Virus record (IMG/VR): IMGVR_UViG_3300047554_000536
Location: 8,497-72,496 of that record
Direction: 5' to 3' (one strand)
Length of the DNA stretch: 64,000 bases
Source: a virus
Shown here: one piece after another, positions 1-8,786 of the stretch
How the letters are laid out: each line of letters begins with the position of its first letter
Numbering within the stretch: the first letter of the stretch is position 1
Translations under genes and position numbers: made by a program
Notes under the pieces: model-generated
Seen by the model: the letters and a program-made list of their open reading frames with translations, nothing else
The model's database searches: none
What the model was told of the DNA's origin: nothing

Positions 1-1
1 T

Positions 2-238
2 GGTTTAATTGACGTTGTCAATAAAGCTTACAACATGGAGTTTGATTTAGGAGATAAGTACAATAAAATCTCCACGGCTATGTTTACAGCTCACTTACCT
101 ACGTTCGATTTCTTAACAGAGTTTAGAACTATCCAGGTTCAATCAATAGCTGAATACTCAGATTTACTAAATGCTGCACAATTAGTTGATGTATCAAATA
201 AACTAGACTTACTACATTATGAAGAGAGATACTTCTAA
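2..238 (+). CDS. hypothetical protein, probably 5'-truncated by the window edge
   Basis: Frame is open from position 2 through the ORF-track ATG at 35; overlaps next gene. Confidence 0.6.
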   Translation, partial: GLIDVVNKAYNMEFDLGDKYNKISTAMFTAHLPTFDFLTEFRTIQVQSIAEYSDLLNAAQLVDVSNKLDLLHYEERYF

Positions 239-1595
239 CCAATCTATCATAGATTTAGACTTACACCTTAGGACACGCAAACCGTCGAAGATTGAAACTA
301 AGATAAAAGATTTTAGTGCACCATCCATCGATTGGGATGACGTTCTATTGGAGTGGTCTTTTAGGTTACCAAAGGGTTATCCTACAATGGTGGATGGAGT
401 ATTCTCAAGCAAAAGTGAACTACAGATATTGCAGGAGGTGCTAGCAGAGAGAGGTATTACAGATGTACCTGATTTCGCTAACATGGCACCAGTAAAAGCA
501 AAAAAAGCAGAGCCAATTCAAGAAGAGGCTGGATTTAGTAAGGATGAGTTGATTAAGATAATTAAAACAACAGACCTATCCGAAAGAGACTTGGTTCGTA
601 TAACTCGAATCGTAGATTCACTATCATCAGAGGATGGTATCTTAGACCTTCTTGCATCGCAGAAAAACTTCGATAAGACAAGTAGTACGCAGATATTTCG
701 TATGGCTACAGAGTCTGGTGACTACAGACAGTTGTTAGAGTTGCTAAACGATACAGCAAAGCAGGTTGATGTAGATTCATTACCACAAACTGGAAACATT
801 ATCGATATGATTAAGGATAGTGGTGTATCACGAGAGTTTGCTAAAGAGATGTCAAACATGGTTCCATACACTTCTGTGAAGATGGGACGCTACGAGATGT
901 TCTTGAGATTGTTTCTACGAGGTGGGCAATCGCCAACAGTAAAGGGTGACGTAGAGGTTAATGGTAAAGAGATGGAGGTTAAGTCAACTATCTCAAAAGG
1001 GTCTGGATTCCGTTTAAGAGGTAACTCCGGTTATGGTAACGGAAAGCAAGTTCAGTTGAGTTTCATGAAGCAGTTGGTTGCACTCTACGGAGTTGGTGGT
1101 CCTAATCATGGTGGATCACAAAATATACCAAAATTTATTCTAGAAGCCTATAAACAACAGAACGGTCAAATGTGGTATGGTACTAAGGATAGTTGGGCTG
1201 TGTTAGCTAATAAGGAATTGATTGATAGTGGTCTTGCAACTAAGGAAGATCTAATCAATATGTGGGGAACAGCTTTATCCGATCTATATCCAAATACAAC
1301 ACCTGAATCAGTGGGTAAGTTCATTGGACCAGCCTTTGGTGATGATGGTAGTGTTGATATGAAAAGTGTAGCTTCTAGATTGGCAGCTTATGAGTTTACA
1401 ATCTATCGAATGAAAGAGGGCTTTGATTACTTTATTGCTCTCAACTACCAAGACAACTATGGATTCATTTCTCCAGAACTTACGGGAGAAGGTTTGGTAA
1501 AATTGTTTGCCAACGAGTTCAAAGTAGTGTCATTACCAAACACTAAGAACAACTCAACGCCACAAGATTCAATGTGTGCCATAGAGTTGGCATAA
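219..1595 (+). CDS. hypothetical protein with PD-(D/E)XK-like nuclease motif
   Basis: 458 aa ORF; GRYE...KGDVEVNGKEMEVKS resembles a restriction-endonuclease-fold active site. Confidence 0.5.
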   Translation: MKRDTSNQSIIDLDLHLRTRKPSKIETKIKDFSAPSIDWDDVLLEWSFRLPKGYPTMVDGVFSSKSELQILQEVLAERGITDVPDFANMAPVKAKKAEPIQEEAGFSKDELIKIIKTTDLSERDLVRITRIVDSLSSEDGILDLLASQKNFDKTSSTQIFRMATESGDYRQLLELLNDTAKQVDVDSLPQTGNIIDMIKDSGVSREFAKEMSNMVPYTSVKMGRYEMFLRLFLRGGQSPTVKGDVEVNGKEMEVKSTISKGSGFRLRGNSGYGNGKQVQLSFMKQLVALYGVGGPNHGGSQNIPKFILEAYKQQNGQMWYGTKDSWAVLANKELIDSGLATKEDLINMWGTALSDLYPNTTPESVGKFIGPAFGDDGSVDMKSVASRLAAYEFTIYRMKEGFDYFIALNYQDNYGFISPELTGEGLVKLFANEFKVVSLPNTKNNSTPQDSMCAIELA

Positions 1596-1613
1596 TAAAA
1601 AAAAATAAAACAG

Positions 1614-1641
1614 AAAAGGCTTGCTAACGCGAGCCTTTTTT
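1614..1641 (+). terminator. intrinsic terminator, overlapping a promoter (CTTGC 1620, TATATTTG 1644)
   Basis: AAAAGGCTTGC-TAAC-GCGAGCCTTTTTT hairpin with U-tract. Confidence 0.75.
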
Positions 1642-1671
1642 AGTATATTTGTATTCACATACAACATACAC

Positions 1672-2142
1672 ATGAGTCGTTTCAATTGGTGGAGAAGGGG
1701 AAGAAAGAAGCCACTTCTCAAAAGAAAAGATGCCCTTAAAGGCAGATCGTTTTTGTTACAACAAATAGAGCATGGTGACTTTGACCATAGCGACTACCTA
1801 CGTCAAGCAAAGTACGAGTTAACTTTATGTAAACAAGAGCAGAAGAAAGTGACCAGTAAATGGGTTGCTAGTGCTGAGAGTTTGCAAGAAAAGCTGATTG
1901 AAGTTGAACGCAAATATATAAAGCGTTACAACAAACTGATGGAAGACTATCACGAAGAGGAGACTAAATTATTAGCCCTTCTTGCAGAAAGATTAGCAAT
2001 CGAGTTTGGTGTTGATTGTTGGGATGAAGCTTTAGCAGCTGACCCGAATCAAGACTTAATTCAACTCTATCACAATTACAAAAAAATCGCAAATAAAAAG
2101 TTACAATATGCACAACATCAAACACAAAAATGTAGTAATTGA
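1672..2142 (+). CDS. hypothetical protein
   Basis: ORF track; ATG at 1672, downstream of the promoter, preferred over TTG 1621. Confidence 0.7.
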   Translation: MSRFNWWRRGRKKPLLKRKDALKGRSFLLQQIEHGDFDHSDYLRQAKYELTLCKQEQKKVTSKWVASAESLQEKLIEVERKYIKRYNKLMEDYHEEETKLLALLAERLAIEFGVDCWDEALAADPNQDLIQLYHNYKKIANKKLQYAQHQTQKCSN

Positions 2143-2344
2143 CCCAGAGAAGGTTATACAAGTACCACCACGTGAGGTACGAGAAGATTTCAAACACCCC
2201 GATCCAAAAAAGCATCAGTTAGTGAGTTTCGTTAAGTCGGCAATTCGTATTGTTGGATACGTCGCAATACCTTTTAATTTAGGTTTAGCTGTAGGATTGT
2301 TGGTAGTTTCAGAATTAGTTGGTATATTTGAAGAATTAGTTTAA
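2108..2344 (+). CDS. small membrane protein
   Basis: Hydrophobic C-terminal half. Confidence 0.6.
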   Translation: MHNIKHKNVVIDPEKVIQVPPREVREDFKHPDPKKHQLVSFVKSAIRIVGYVAIPFNLGLAVGLLVVSELVGIFEELV

Positions 2345-2347
2345 GAT

Positions 2348-2818
2348 ATGAGCACAGGAAAATTTCAATCAACAAAATTATTTGACGGATACTCTGCATG
2401 TTTTCGTCAGTGGAAAGCAGATGGAACACACTGCAAGTTTCTTCACGGGTATGCTGTATCATTCAGAGTGTGGTTCGAAGGAGAGTTGGATCATAGAAAC
2501 TGGGTATTCGACTTTGGTGGGATGAAGCGAGCAAAGAATTTAATAGAGGGTAGATCGCCTAAGGATTACTTTACGTACCTATTAGACCACACTACGATAG
2601 TTGCTCAAGATGATCCGTATTTGGAAAACTTCAAACAAATGGATAGAGATGGAATCATTCAGTTGAGAATCTTACCAAACGTAGGATGTGAGAAGTTTGC
2701 TGAGCACTTATATGGTGTTCTCAATGACTTCCTATTTGAAGAAACTGAAGGAAGGGTTAGAGCAACTCGAGTACAAGTTTATGAACACGAAAGAAATTCA
2801 GCATCATATGGAGAATGA
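2348..2818 (+). CDS. queD: 6-carboxy-5,6,7,8-tetrahydropterin synthase QueD
   Basis: CKFLHGY, WVFDFGG, LDHT, GCEKFA and VYEHERNSA motifs of PTPS/QueD. Confidence 0.9.
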   Translation: MSTGKFQSTKLFDGYSACFRQWKADGTHCKFLHGYAVSFRVWFEGELDHRNWVFDFGGMKRAKNLIEGRSPKDYFTYLLDHTTIVAQDDPYLENFKQMDRDGIIQLRILPNVGCEKFAEHLYGVLNDFLFEETEGRVRATRVQVYEHERNSASYGE

Positions 2819-3071
2819 TCAAACAATGTTTGCTGACGGCTTTGATGAAGCTGTCATAGGAATCACTTACACAAACGGTACTCGTAAGGTAGTGTACGAT
2901 GCGAGTAGGATGATAACAATCCTAATGCAGCGTGATGAAATGACTGAGGAGGATGCTATTGAGTATCTAGAATACAATGTCTGGAACACTTATATAGGAG
3001 AAGGAACACCAATCTATATCCACAGAGGGTCTTATACGGAAGTTTTGGAGTATATTGAAGAAAATAGTTAA
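2808..3071 (+). CDS. conserved phage hypothetical protein
   Basis: FADGFDEAVIG...EDAIEYLEYN...GEGTP pattern; ATG 2808 preferred. Confidence 0.7.
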   Translation: MENDQTMFADGFDEAVIGITYTNGTRKVVYDASRMITILMQRDEMTEEDAIEYLEYNVWNTYIGEGTPIYIHRGSYTEVLEYIEENS

Positions 3072-3088
3072 AATAAAAAACACAGGTT

Positions 3089-3331
3089 ATGGAATTTAGA
3101 TCACTTTACGAATACCTAGGACATGCAGCAGGTTCAGACCTAGGTAAAAGAGTAGCAACAGCAGCAGTAGCTCAAGGAGTTGCTATACAAACACAAGAAA
3201 TTAGTAATCCAAAATACAGCGGAACAGTGATGATGTATCCGGTAGACTTTCTGGATCAGTACTTTGGTAAAGATGCTCAACCAGAGCAACCAACAGTGCA
3301 AGACATTTTAGACGACGAATTACCATTTTAA
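3089..3331 (+). CDS. hypothetical protein
   Basis: ORF track; acidic DDELPF tail. Confidence 0.65.
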   Translation: MEFRSLYEYLGHAAGSDLGKRVATAAVAQGVAIQTQEISNPKYSGTVMMYPVDFLDQYFGKDAQPEQPTVQDILDDELPF

Positions 3332-3332
3332 T

Positions 3333-4115
3333 ATGAAAGCAGGAAGAATTACAGATTACGATAAGAAACTGCCAATAGTAGAACTATACTATTGTGTGCA
3401 GAGCGAAGGCTCCAGAGCGGGCTTTCCAACAGTAGCAGTCAGAACAACCGGATGTACTCACAGATGTTGGTTTGGTGAAGGTGGTTGGTGCGACTCTTGG
3501 TATACAAGTATCCATCCAGAGAAGGGTGGTTTTACTTTTAACGATATCATCAAGATGTATGACGAACGTCCAGACATTAAGGAGATGATGTTGACGGGTG
3601 GATCACCAACAATGCACCCAGATTTAGTTAACGAATTAACCCACCTAGCAAATGAAAGAGGTATTGTTATTACGATGGAGACAGAAGGTAGTCACTTCAT
3701 TGAAACAGATTACCCAATCGGTCTCATATCTCTCAGTCCTAAGTTTAGCAATAGCGTACCTAAGTTGGGAGTACTTACACCGAAAGGTATCGCAGTTGAT
3801 CAAAAGATGATCGACAAGCATAACAGCTTACGTTTGAATTACGAAGCCATGAAGCAATCAATCGCATACCATACGAACTACCATTTCAAGCCGGTATGTA
3901 ATCCAGTTGAGATGCCAGAGATTTGGGAACAGATTGAAGCATTCAGAGTTGAGCTTGGTATTCCTAAGAATAAAACTTGGATCATGCCTCCAGGAGATAA
4001 CCGTGAGGAATTGGTCAGAGTCTATCCAATGGTGATTGACTTCTGCACAGAGAATGGATATAATTTTACCGGTCGTGAGCACATCATTGCATTCGACACA
4101 AAACGAGGAGTATAA
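3333..4115 (+). CDS. queE: 7-carboxy-7-deazaguanine synthase QueE (radical SAM)
   Basis: VQSEG..G.P, RTTGCTHRC...WCDS (Cx3Cx7C), LTGGSP, ETEG, SLSPK, REH motifs; lies between queD and folE. Confidence 0.9.
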   Translation: MKAGRITDYDKKLPIVELYYCVQSEGSRAGFPTVAVRTTGCTHRCWFGEGGWCDSWYTSIHPEKGGFTFNDIIKMYDERPDIKEMMLTGGSPTMHPDLVNELTHLANERGIVITMETEGSHFIETDYPIGLISLSPKFSNSVPKLGVLTPKGIAVDQKMIDKHNSLRLNYEAMKQSIAYHTNYHFKPVCNPVEMPEIWEQIEAFRVELGIPKNKTWIMPPGDNREELVRVYPMVIDFCTENGYNFTGREHIIAFDTKRGV

Positions 4116-4238
4116 TGCACGAAATACTACACTTTATAGGATTATGTCCAGATAGCTTTGCTCACTTCGATCTACTAGACTTGTTTGTTGCAAACTATCC
4201 AAATTTATCCTATATTAATTTAAACACAATTAAATACT

Positions 4239-4721
4239 ATGTTACAGAACGCATTTCAAGTAGAGGAGCTACTACAAACTAACGATAAAGGCTCAAGAGC
4301 TCAGGTAGGGTATGACCTTACTCTGAAAGGTGTGAAACGAATTATGGGTGGAGCTGTTATGTCAGATAAGACGGCAGTAGAAGATTACCACGAAGTAGCG
4401 CCAATGATTAATGCAGATGGGAAGTTTATTTACAAACTTAGTGCAGGAGCTTATTCATTAACCTTTGAACAGGGTTGTAAGCTACCAAACAACATGACAG
4501 CTTTTATTCGTCATCGTTCTAGCGTACTTCGTTGCGGAGCTATCATTACCTCAGGTGTATATGATCCAGGATTTGAAGTTGATGAGATGGGTGGTGTAAT
4601 GATCGTTACTGAACCTATTATCATTGAGAAGGGTGCTCGTGTAGCTCAAATCATTATGTTTGAGAACAATGAGGCAGAATTGTATAACGGCCAATGGCAA
4701 GGTAACAAAGACTTAAAGTAA
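4239..4721 (+). CDS. dCTP deaminase/dUTPase-family protein
   Basis: GYDL, RSS, SGVYDPGF, RVAQ and YNGQWQG motifs of the trimeric dUTPase superfamily. Confidence 0.8.
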   Translation: MLQNAFQVEELLQTNDKGSRAQVGYDLTLKGVKRIMGGAVMSDKTAVEDYHEVAPMINADGKFIYKLSAGAYSLTFEQGCKLPNNMTAFIRHRSSVLRCGAIITSGVYDPGFEVDEMGGVMIVTEPIIIEKGARVAQIIMFENNEAELYNGQWQGNKDLK

Positions 4722-5062
4722 TGAGGAAGTTCGTAGAAGTTCGTTTAGATATTGAAGGTCTGCATAACTGGCCTGATTGCAATCTACCACACGTAGAGTA
4801 CTTAGCACATCTACATCGTCACACATTCCAGATCCTTTGTCGAGCAGAGGTATCGCACGGAAATCGTGACATTGAGTTTATTGATCTCAAACACAAAATC
4901 AAACAACACATTGCAAAGACTTGGTATGATCCAGCTTATGGATGTTGTAACTTTGGAGCAATGAGTTGCGAAATGATCGCAGAAGATTTATTAAACTACT
5001 TTGGTTTGTGTAGATGTTCTGTATCAGAAGATGGAGAATTCTTTGGAATTGTTGAGATTTAG
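4721..5062 (+). CDS. second QueD-like T-fold protein; candidate CDG decarboxylase (DpdL-like)
   Basis: EGLHNW, HLHRHTF, RDIEFI, SCEMIA, VSEDGE motifs; QueD paralog inside the deazaguanine cluster. Confidence 0.65.
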   Translation: MRKFVEVRLDIEGLHNWPDCNLPHVEYLAHLHRHTFQILCRAEVSHGNRDIEFIDLKHKIKQHIAKTWYDPAYGCCNFGAMSCEMIAEDLLNYFGLCRCSVSEDGEFFGIVEI

Positions 5063-5077
5063 TCGTATATTCGTATC

Positions 5078-5545
5078 ATGTTAAAGACAAAGAGAATCGT
5101 TTTACTATTTGGTAAAATCTGTAGTGGCAAAAGTACTTACGCAGATGCTTTATGTTATATCACAAAAGCAAAGCGAATTACTGTGTCGGACATTGTAAAA
5201 AGAGTTTCGGGTAAGAATACTCGTAGCGAATTGCAAAACACACAGAACCTTGATATGCAGATTGCTCAGGAGCTAATCGCTGAGATTGAAAAGTATGAGA
5301 GAGTTGTTGTTGATGGTATCCGTCAGGCAAGTATTGTATGGGGTCTAGTAAACGAATTTGGCTTTGACAACATTGATATGATTTGGCTAGAAGCTGCTGA
5401 CGATGTTCGTAAGTATAGATTCTACGATCGATCAATCGCAAAGGATGATTTAAGTTTTGAAGAAGCAGATGCAAGAGATGAAGAGTTAGGTCTTGGAGGT
5501 GTTGCAAAAGCGTTTGAGAATTGGTATATTAAAGTAAATAACTAA
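5078..5545 (+). CDS. P-loop nucleoside/nucleotide monophosphate kinase
   Basis: GKICSGKST Walker A, VVVDGIR, NMP-kinase size and lid region. Confidence 0.75.
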   Translation: MLKTKRIVLLFGKICSGKSTYADALCYITKAKRITVSDIVKRVSGKNTRSELQNTQNLDMQIAQELIAEIEKYERVVVDGIRQASIVWGLVNEFGFDNIDMIWLEAADDVRKYRFYDRSIAKDDLSFEEADARDEELGLGGVAKAFENWYIKVNN

Positions 5546-5551
5546 TAAGAG

Positions 5552-6199
5552 ATGGAGTTAATTAAAAAAGCAAATGGAAACATTCCTCGTACAGAAGAGG
5601 AAAAAAAGCAGATGATTGAGAAAGCTGCTGAGTATTATGGTGGTTTCTTAACAGCTTTAGGCTTCGATTGGAAAGCGGATCCACACAGTGATCGTACACC
5701 ACATCGTGTAGCTAAAGCTTGGGTAAACGATTTGATCGCAGGATCAATCTCACCAGAACCTGAGATTACAGCATTCCCTAATGATGAGGGTTATACCGGA
5801 TTGATCTGTCAAACACGCATTCCAGTAATGAGTATGTGTGCACATCACAACCTAACATTCTCAGGAGTAGCTCACGTAGCATATATTCCAGGTAAGGAGA
5901 AAGATGATATGGTTGTTGGATTAAGTAAGTTGAATCGTATTGTAGATTTCTACTCACGTCGTCCAAACATTCAAGAGTCTTTAACTAAGCAGATTCATGA
6001 CCACATCGATCGTTTGTGTATTGGTAATCGTGGAGTAGCTGTAGTTATTGAATCTCAACACAATTGTGTTAAGTGTCGTGGTATCAAACATGAGTCAGTA
6101 ATGAAGACATCTCAAATGTCAGGTTACTTCTGGACTAACGAGATTGGAACAAGACAAGAATTTTTTAACCTTATAGATCAAAGTCGTTATGGAGCCTAA
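5552..6199 (+). CDS. folE: GTP cyclohydrolase I FolE
   Basis: TPHRVAK, SMCAHH, VGLSKLNR, IQESLT, HNCVKCRG motifs. Confidence 0.95.
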   Translation: MELIKKANGNIPRTEEEKKQMIEKAAEYYGGFLTALGFDWKADPHSDRTPHRVAKAWVNDLIAGSISPEPEITAFPNDEGYTGLICQTRIPVMSMCAHHNLTFSGVAHVAYIPGKEKDDMVVGLSKLNRIVDFYSRRPNIQESLTKQIHDHIDRLCIGNRGVAVVIESQHNCVKCRGIKHESVMKTSQMSGYFWTNEIGTRQEFFNLIDQSRYGA

Positions 6200-6533
6200 A
6201 ATTCACTATGGAACCACTAGTGACCTCACTAGCGGTTGCACAATCACTACCACCCCAAATTGGTACAACGGAACCACGATCATTAGTGGTGGTTCAAGTA
6301 GTTCACTAGTCTTTAATCCAGATAACAATATGAGTAAACAACAAGTAAAAGTAGCAGTGTTCCGAGTAACACGTGATGAGTTTGGTAACATCGAATCTTC
6401 TCAATTTTTAGAAGAGATGTGGATCGAACAAACACCAGGAAAATCTATTGACTTCGCTGTAGCAAAACAGCTTGAGGAAGATGTAGAAGCAGATGAAATC
6501 GTAATCAAACAACTACAATCGGTTACTCTCTAA
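6189..6533 (+). CDS. hypothetical protein
   Basis: ORF track; may start at the internal Met (MSKQQ). Confidence 0.55.
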   Translation: MEPKIHYGTTSDLTSGCTITTTPNWYNGTTIISGGSSSSLVFNPDNNMSKQQVKVAVFRVTRDEFGNIESSQFLEEMWIEQTPGKSIDFAVAKQLEEDVEADEIVIKQLQSVTL

Positions 6534-7327
6534 TGATGGACGTATACGTTATATCGCCCTTGAGTAATTTAGAGCCGATGAAGCTTGGCGATAGGTTGTT
6601 TGTATTAGCTCACTTGTGGGTGCAATCACCAGAGTATAGACAGTTCATCTATGATCAGATTGATGAGGATCTTGATCGCTGGATCACACTAGACAACTCA
6701 GCAGCTGAGCGAGCCTTAGTAACTGAAGATGTGTTGATCAACGTAGTAAAAGAGTTAGCACCAAGCGAAGTAATTGCACCAGATGTGCTATTTGATAAAG
6801 ACGCTACAATTGCAAATGCAATCAAGTTTCGAGATCGAATGGAAGCAGAGGGTTTACTAGATAGCACAGAAATCTTCTTCTGTCCGCAAGGTAAAACTAA
6901 AGAGGATTGGCTAGAAGCTTACAAATGGGGATTAGAGCAAGATTGGATTAGCACAATTGGTTTCTCTAAGATTGCAATTCCTCAGGCGTGGTTAGTAGAC
7001 TTCAAAGATGATCAAGGTATTAAGGAAGCTCGTCATATGGCCTATGACTACTTGAAAGAGCACAACCTATTACTGAAACCGATCCACTGTTTAGGTCAAG
7101 GTGATCCAACCGAGTTCTCTTACTACGATCATCCAGCAATGCGCAGCACAGATTCAGTATTCCCAGTACTAGCGGCTGCACATGGTCAGGACTTTAGAGT
7201 AGATCATACTACTCGGATTCCAACTCCACACAACTTCCTAGAGACATACGACATGAGTAATGTTGATATGGAGCTAGTAAAGAAGAATGTGCAGTACTTG
7301 CGACTAAGTTGCATGACCGGTAAATAA
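6533..7327 (+). CDS. TGT-like TIM-barrel transglycosylase, DpdA(3)-like
   Basis: LDNS, APD, PQG, IGFS, IHCLG, RSTDS pattern matches the order of TGT/DpdA core motifs; ends the folE/queD/queE cluster. Confidence 0.7.
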   Translation: MMDVYVISPLSNLEPMKLGDRLFVLAHLWVQSPEYRQFIYDQIDEDLDRWITLDNSAAERALVTEDVLINVVKELAPSEVIAPDVLFDKDATIANAIKFRDRMEAEGLLDSTEIFFCPQGKTKEDWLEAYKWGLEQDWISTIGFSKIAIPQAWLVDFKDDQGIKEARHMAYDYLKEHNLLLKPIHCLGQGDPTEFSYYDHPAMRSTDSVFPVLAAAHGQDFRVDHTTRIPTPHNFLETYDMSNVDMELVKKNVQYLRLSCMTGK

Positions 7328-7348
7328 GCTGACCTCTACCCTGTCAAG

Positions 7349-7378
7349 AAGCCAACCATAAAAAGTTGGCTTTTTTTT
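7349..7378 (+). terminator. intrinsic terminator ending the deazaguanine operon
   Basis: AAGCCAAC/GTTGGCTT stem followed by long T-run. Confidence 0.8.
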
Positions 7379-7397
7379 ATTTTTTTTTTGTCAAACT

Positions 7398-7429
7398 GTT
7401 GCAAATACGAAATATCCGCCTGACCTTTA
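7398..7429 (+). promoter_or_regulatory. phage early-type promoter (GTTGC-N19-GACCTTTA)
   Basis: Member of a repeated motif with fixed 24-nt offset between boxes. Confidence 0.75.
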
Positions 7430-7448
7430 GGTATAAAGAAAAAGAGAT

Positions 7449-7718
7449 ATGACACACAAGGAATTTAAATTAACAGTTAAGAATGAAATCCTCGAAGATG
7501 CAGGACTTGGTAGAACAGCAGTACATTATCATCCTGGTGATGTAATGATAGTTGATGAGGAGATGTTTAATATGATCCAGTTAGGAAACACTATTGAAAG
7601 ACCGACTCGAGAAGGTTGGATTACATTTGATAAGTATAACTTTGAGAATGAGGTTGCAGTCACAGCTGTTACCGTTGATTATAGTATTCGCAAATTAGGA
7701 CAACGTAAAAATAAATAG
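7449..7718 (+). CDS. hypothetical protein
   Basis: ORF directly after promoter. Confidence 0.65.
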   Translation: MTHKEFKLTVKNEILEDAGLGRTAVHYHPGDVMIVDEEMFNMIQLGNTIERPTREGWITFDKYNFENEVAVTAVTVDYSIRKLGQRKNK

Positions 7719-7723
7719 GAGCT

Positions 7724-8035
7724 ATGACAAAAGTATTTTATATTGACCATGTACAAAGAAATAATGGCACAACCATTTTAAAATGTTATGCAGTAAAAGC
7801 AGAAACCTTCGAAGAGGCTGTTGCTTTGCATAATAGTGATTGGGAAAATTTGGTAGGTAGGGCAAAATTTCCACCGGAGATAGCACATATGGCAGAAAAA
7901 TTTATAGATGGCTGGAGTATTCGACGTATAGAAGAGTTAAAACCAGCTCGCACACCAGACCGAAAAGAAAATGGTATTGACGATGAGACCGAAGAGCGTT
8001 GTGATTGTGATGCGTGTTGTTGTGATGAATTTTAA
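7724..8035 (+). CDS. hypothetical protein with Cys-rich acidic tail
   Basis: ORF track; CDCDACCCDEF C-terminus. Confidence 0.6.
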   Translation: MTKVFYIDHVQRNNGTTILKCYAVKAETFEEAVALHNSDWENLVGRAKFPPEIAHMAEKFIDGWSIRRIEELKPARTPDRKENGIDDETEERCDCDACCCDEF

Positions 8036-8056
8036 ATAAAAAAGTTTTGCACAACT

Positions 8057-8088
8057 GTTGCAAATACGAAATTAAGTGACGACCTTTA
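8057..8088 (+). promoter_or_regulatory. phage early-type promoter (GTTGC-N19-GACCTTTA)
   Basis: Near-copy of 7398 including downstream GGTATAA and AAGAGATATG. Confidence 0.75.
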
Positions 8089-8106
8089 GGTATAAGATTA
8101 AGAGAT

Positions 8107-8322
8107 ATGATAAATACATTTAAAACCCGCGAAGAGATTATCAACGCACTAGTTACCGAGTTTAATGAGAAACCAGGTAGTTTTAATAACAACGAGAAAA
8201 CTAAATCTCGAGAGAAGTTCTGGACTTACAATCGTCTGTTGAACTACTACTTCAAAAAGAAGAACGCTGCTATACCAGTGTTACGATTCGGTCGTCGGAC
8301 ACATGCTACTAAATTATTCTAA
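8107..8322 (+). CDS. hypothetical basic protein
   Basis: ORF directly after promoter. Confidence 0.6.
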   Translation: MINTFKTREEIINALVTEFNEKPGSFNNNEKTKSREKFWTYNRLLNYYFKKKNAAIPVLRFGRRTHATKLF

Positions 8323-8336
8323 AAACAAAATAAGCT

Positions 8337-8483
8337 ATGGAAATTTTTCACTTAATTAACAACACGTACCAAGTAGTAGATTTATCAACCAACTCTGTGT
8401 TATTCCAGGGTACGCACGAAGAGTGTGTTCACTATCAGGAAGATGCTTTATATGAGATGTTTCTCAGTATGGCTGGCTTTTAA
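8337..8483 (+). CDS. small hypothetical protein (48 aa)
   Basis: Read by hand: MEIFHLINNTYQVVD...SMAGF; below ORF-track cutoff. Confidence 0.5.
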   Translation: MEIFHLINNTYQVVDLSTNSVLFQGTHEECVHYQEDALYEMFLSMAGF

Positions 8484-8515
8484 GTTGGTTTTTTGAAAAA
8501 AAGGTTGTATCTTTA
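8484..8515 (+). promoter_or_regulatory. promoter upstream of the polA operon
   Basis: GTTGG 8484 + TATCTTTA 8508 (24-nt offset). Confidence 0.65.
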
Positions 8516-8519
8516 CTTT

Positions 8520-8786
8520 ATGATAGGAAAGAAAAGAGAGATTGATTTCTCACAACGCCCTAGCGCATTTGTACCACTCAAGGATTGGTGTACATTCTCT
8601 ATGGGTAAAGAAGCCGAGCGAGGAGATTTTCTTGAAGTTACAGAGTGGTCTAACGGAGAGGGTTATGAAGTTACTATTAACTTCAATCACCGGGAGACTA
8701 AATTTGATTTAACTTACGGTCAGTTAGAAGCTTTAATCGCATGTCAAAAACAGATAGAAACACACATTAATGGAGAAAACGTATAA
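8520..8786 (+). CDS. hypothetical protein
   Basis: ATG 8520 preferred; EVTEWSNGEGY motif. Confidence 0.65.
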   Translation: MIGKKREIDFSQRPSAFVPLKDWCTFSMGKEAERGDFLEVTEWSNGEGYEVTINFNHRETKFDLTYGQLEALIACQKQIETHINGENV

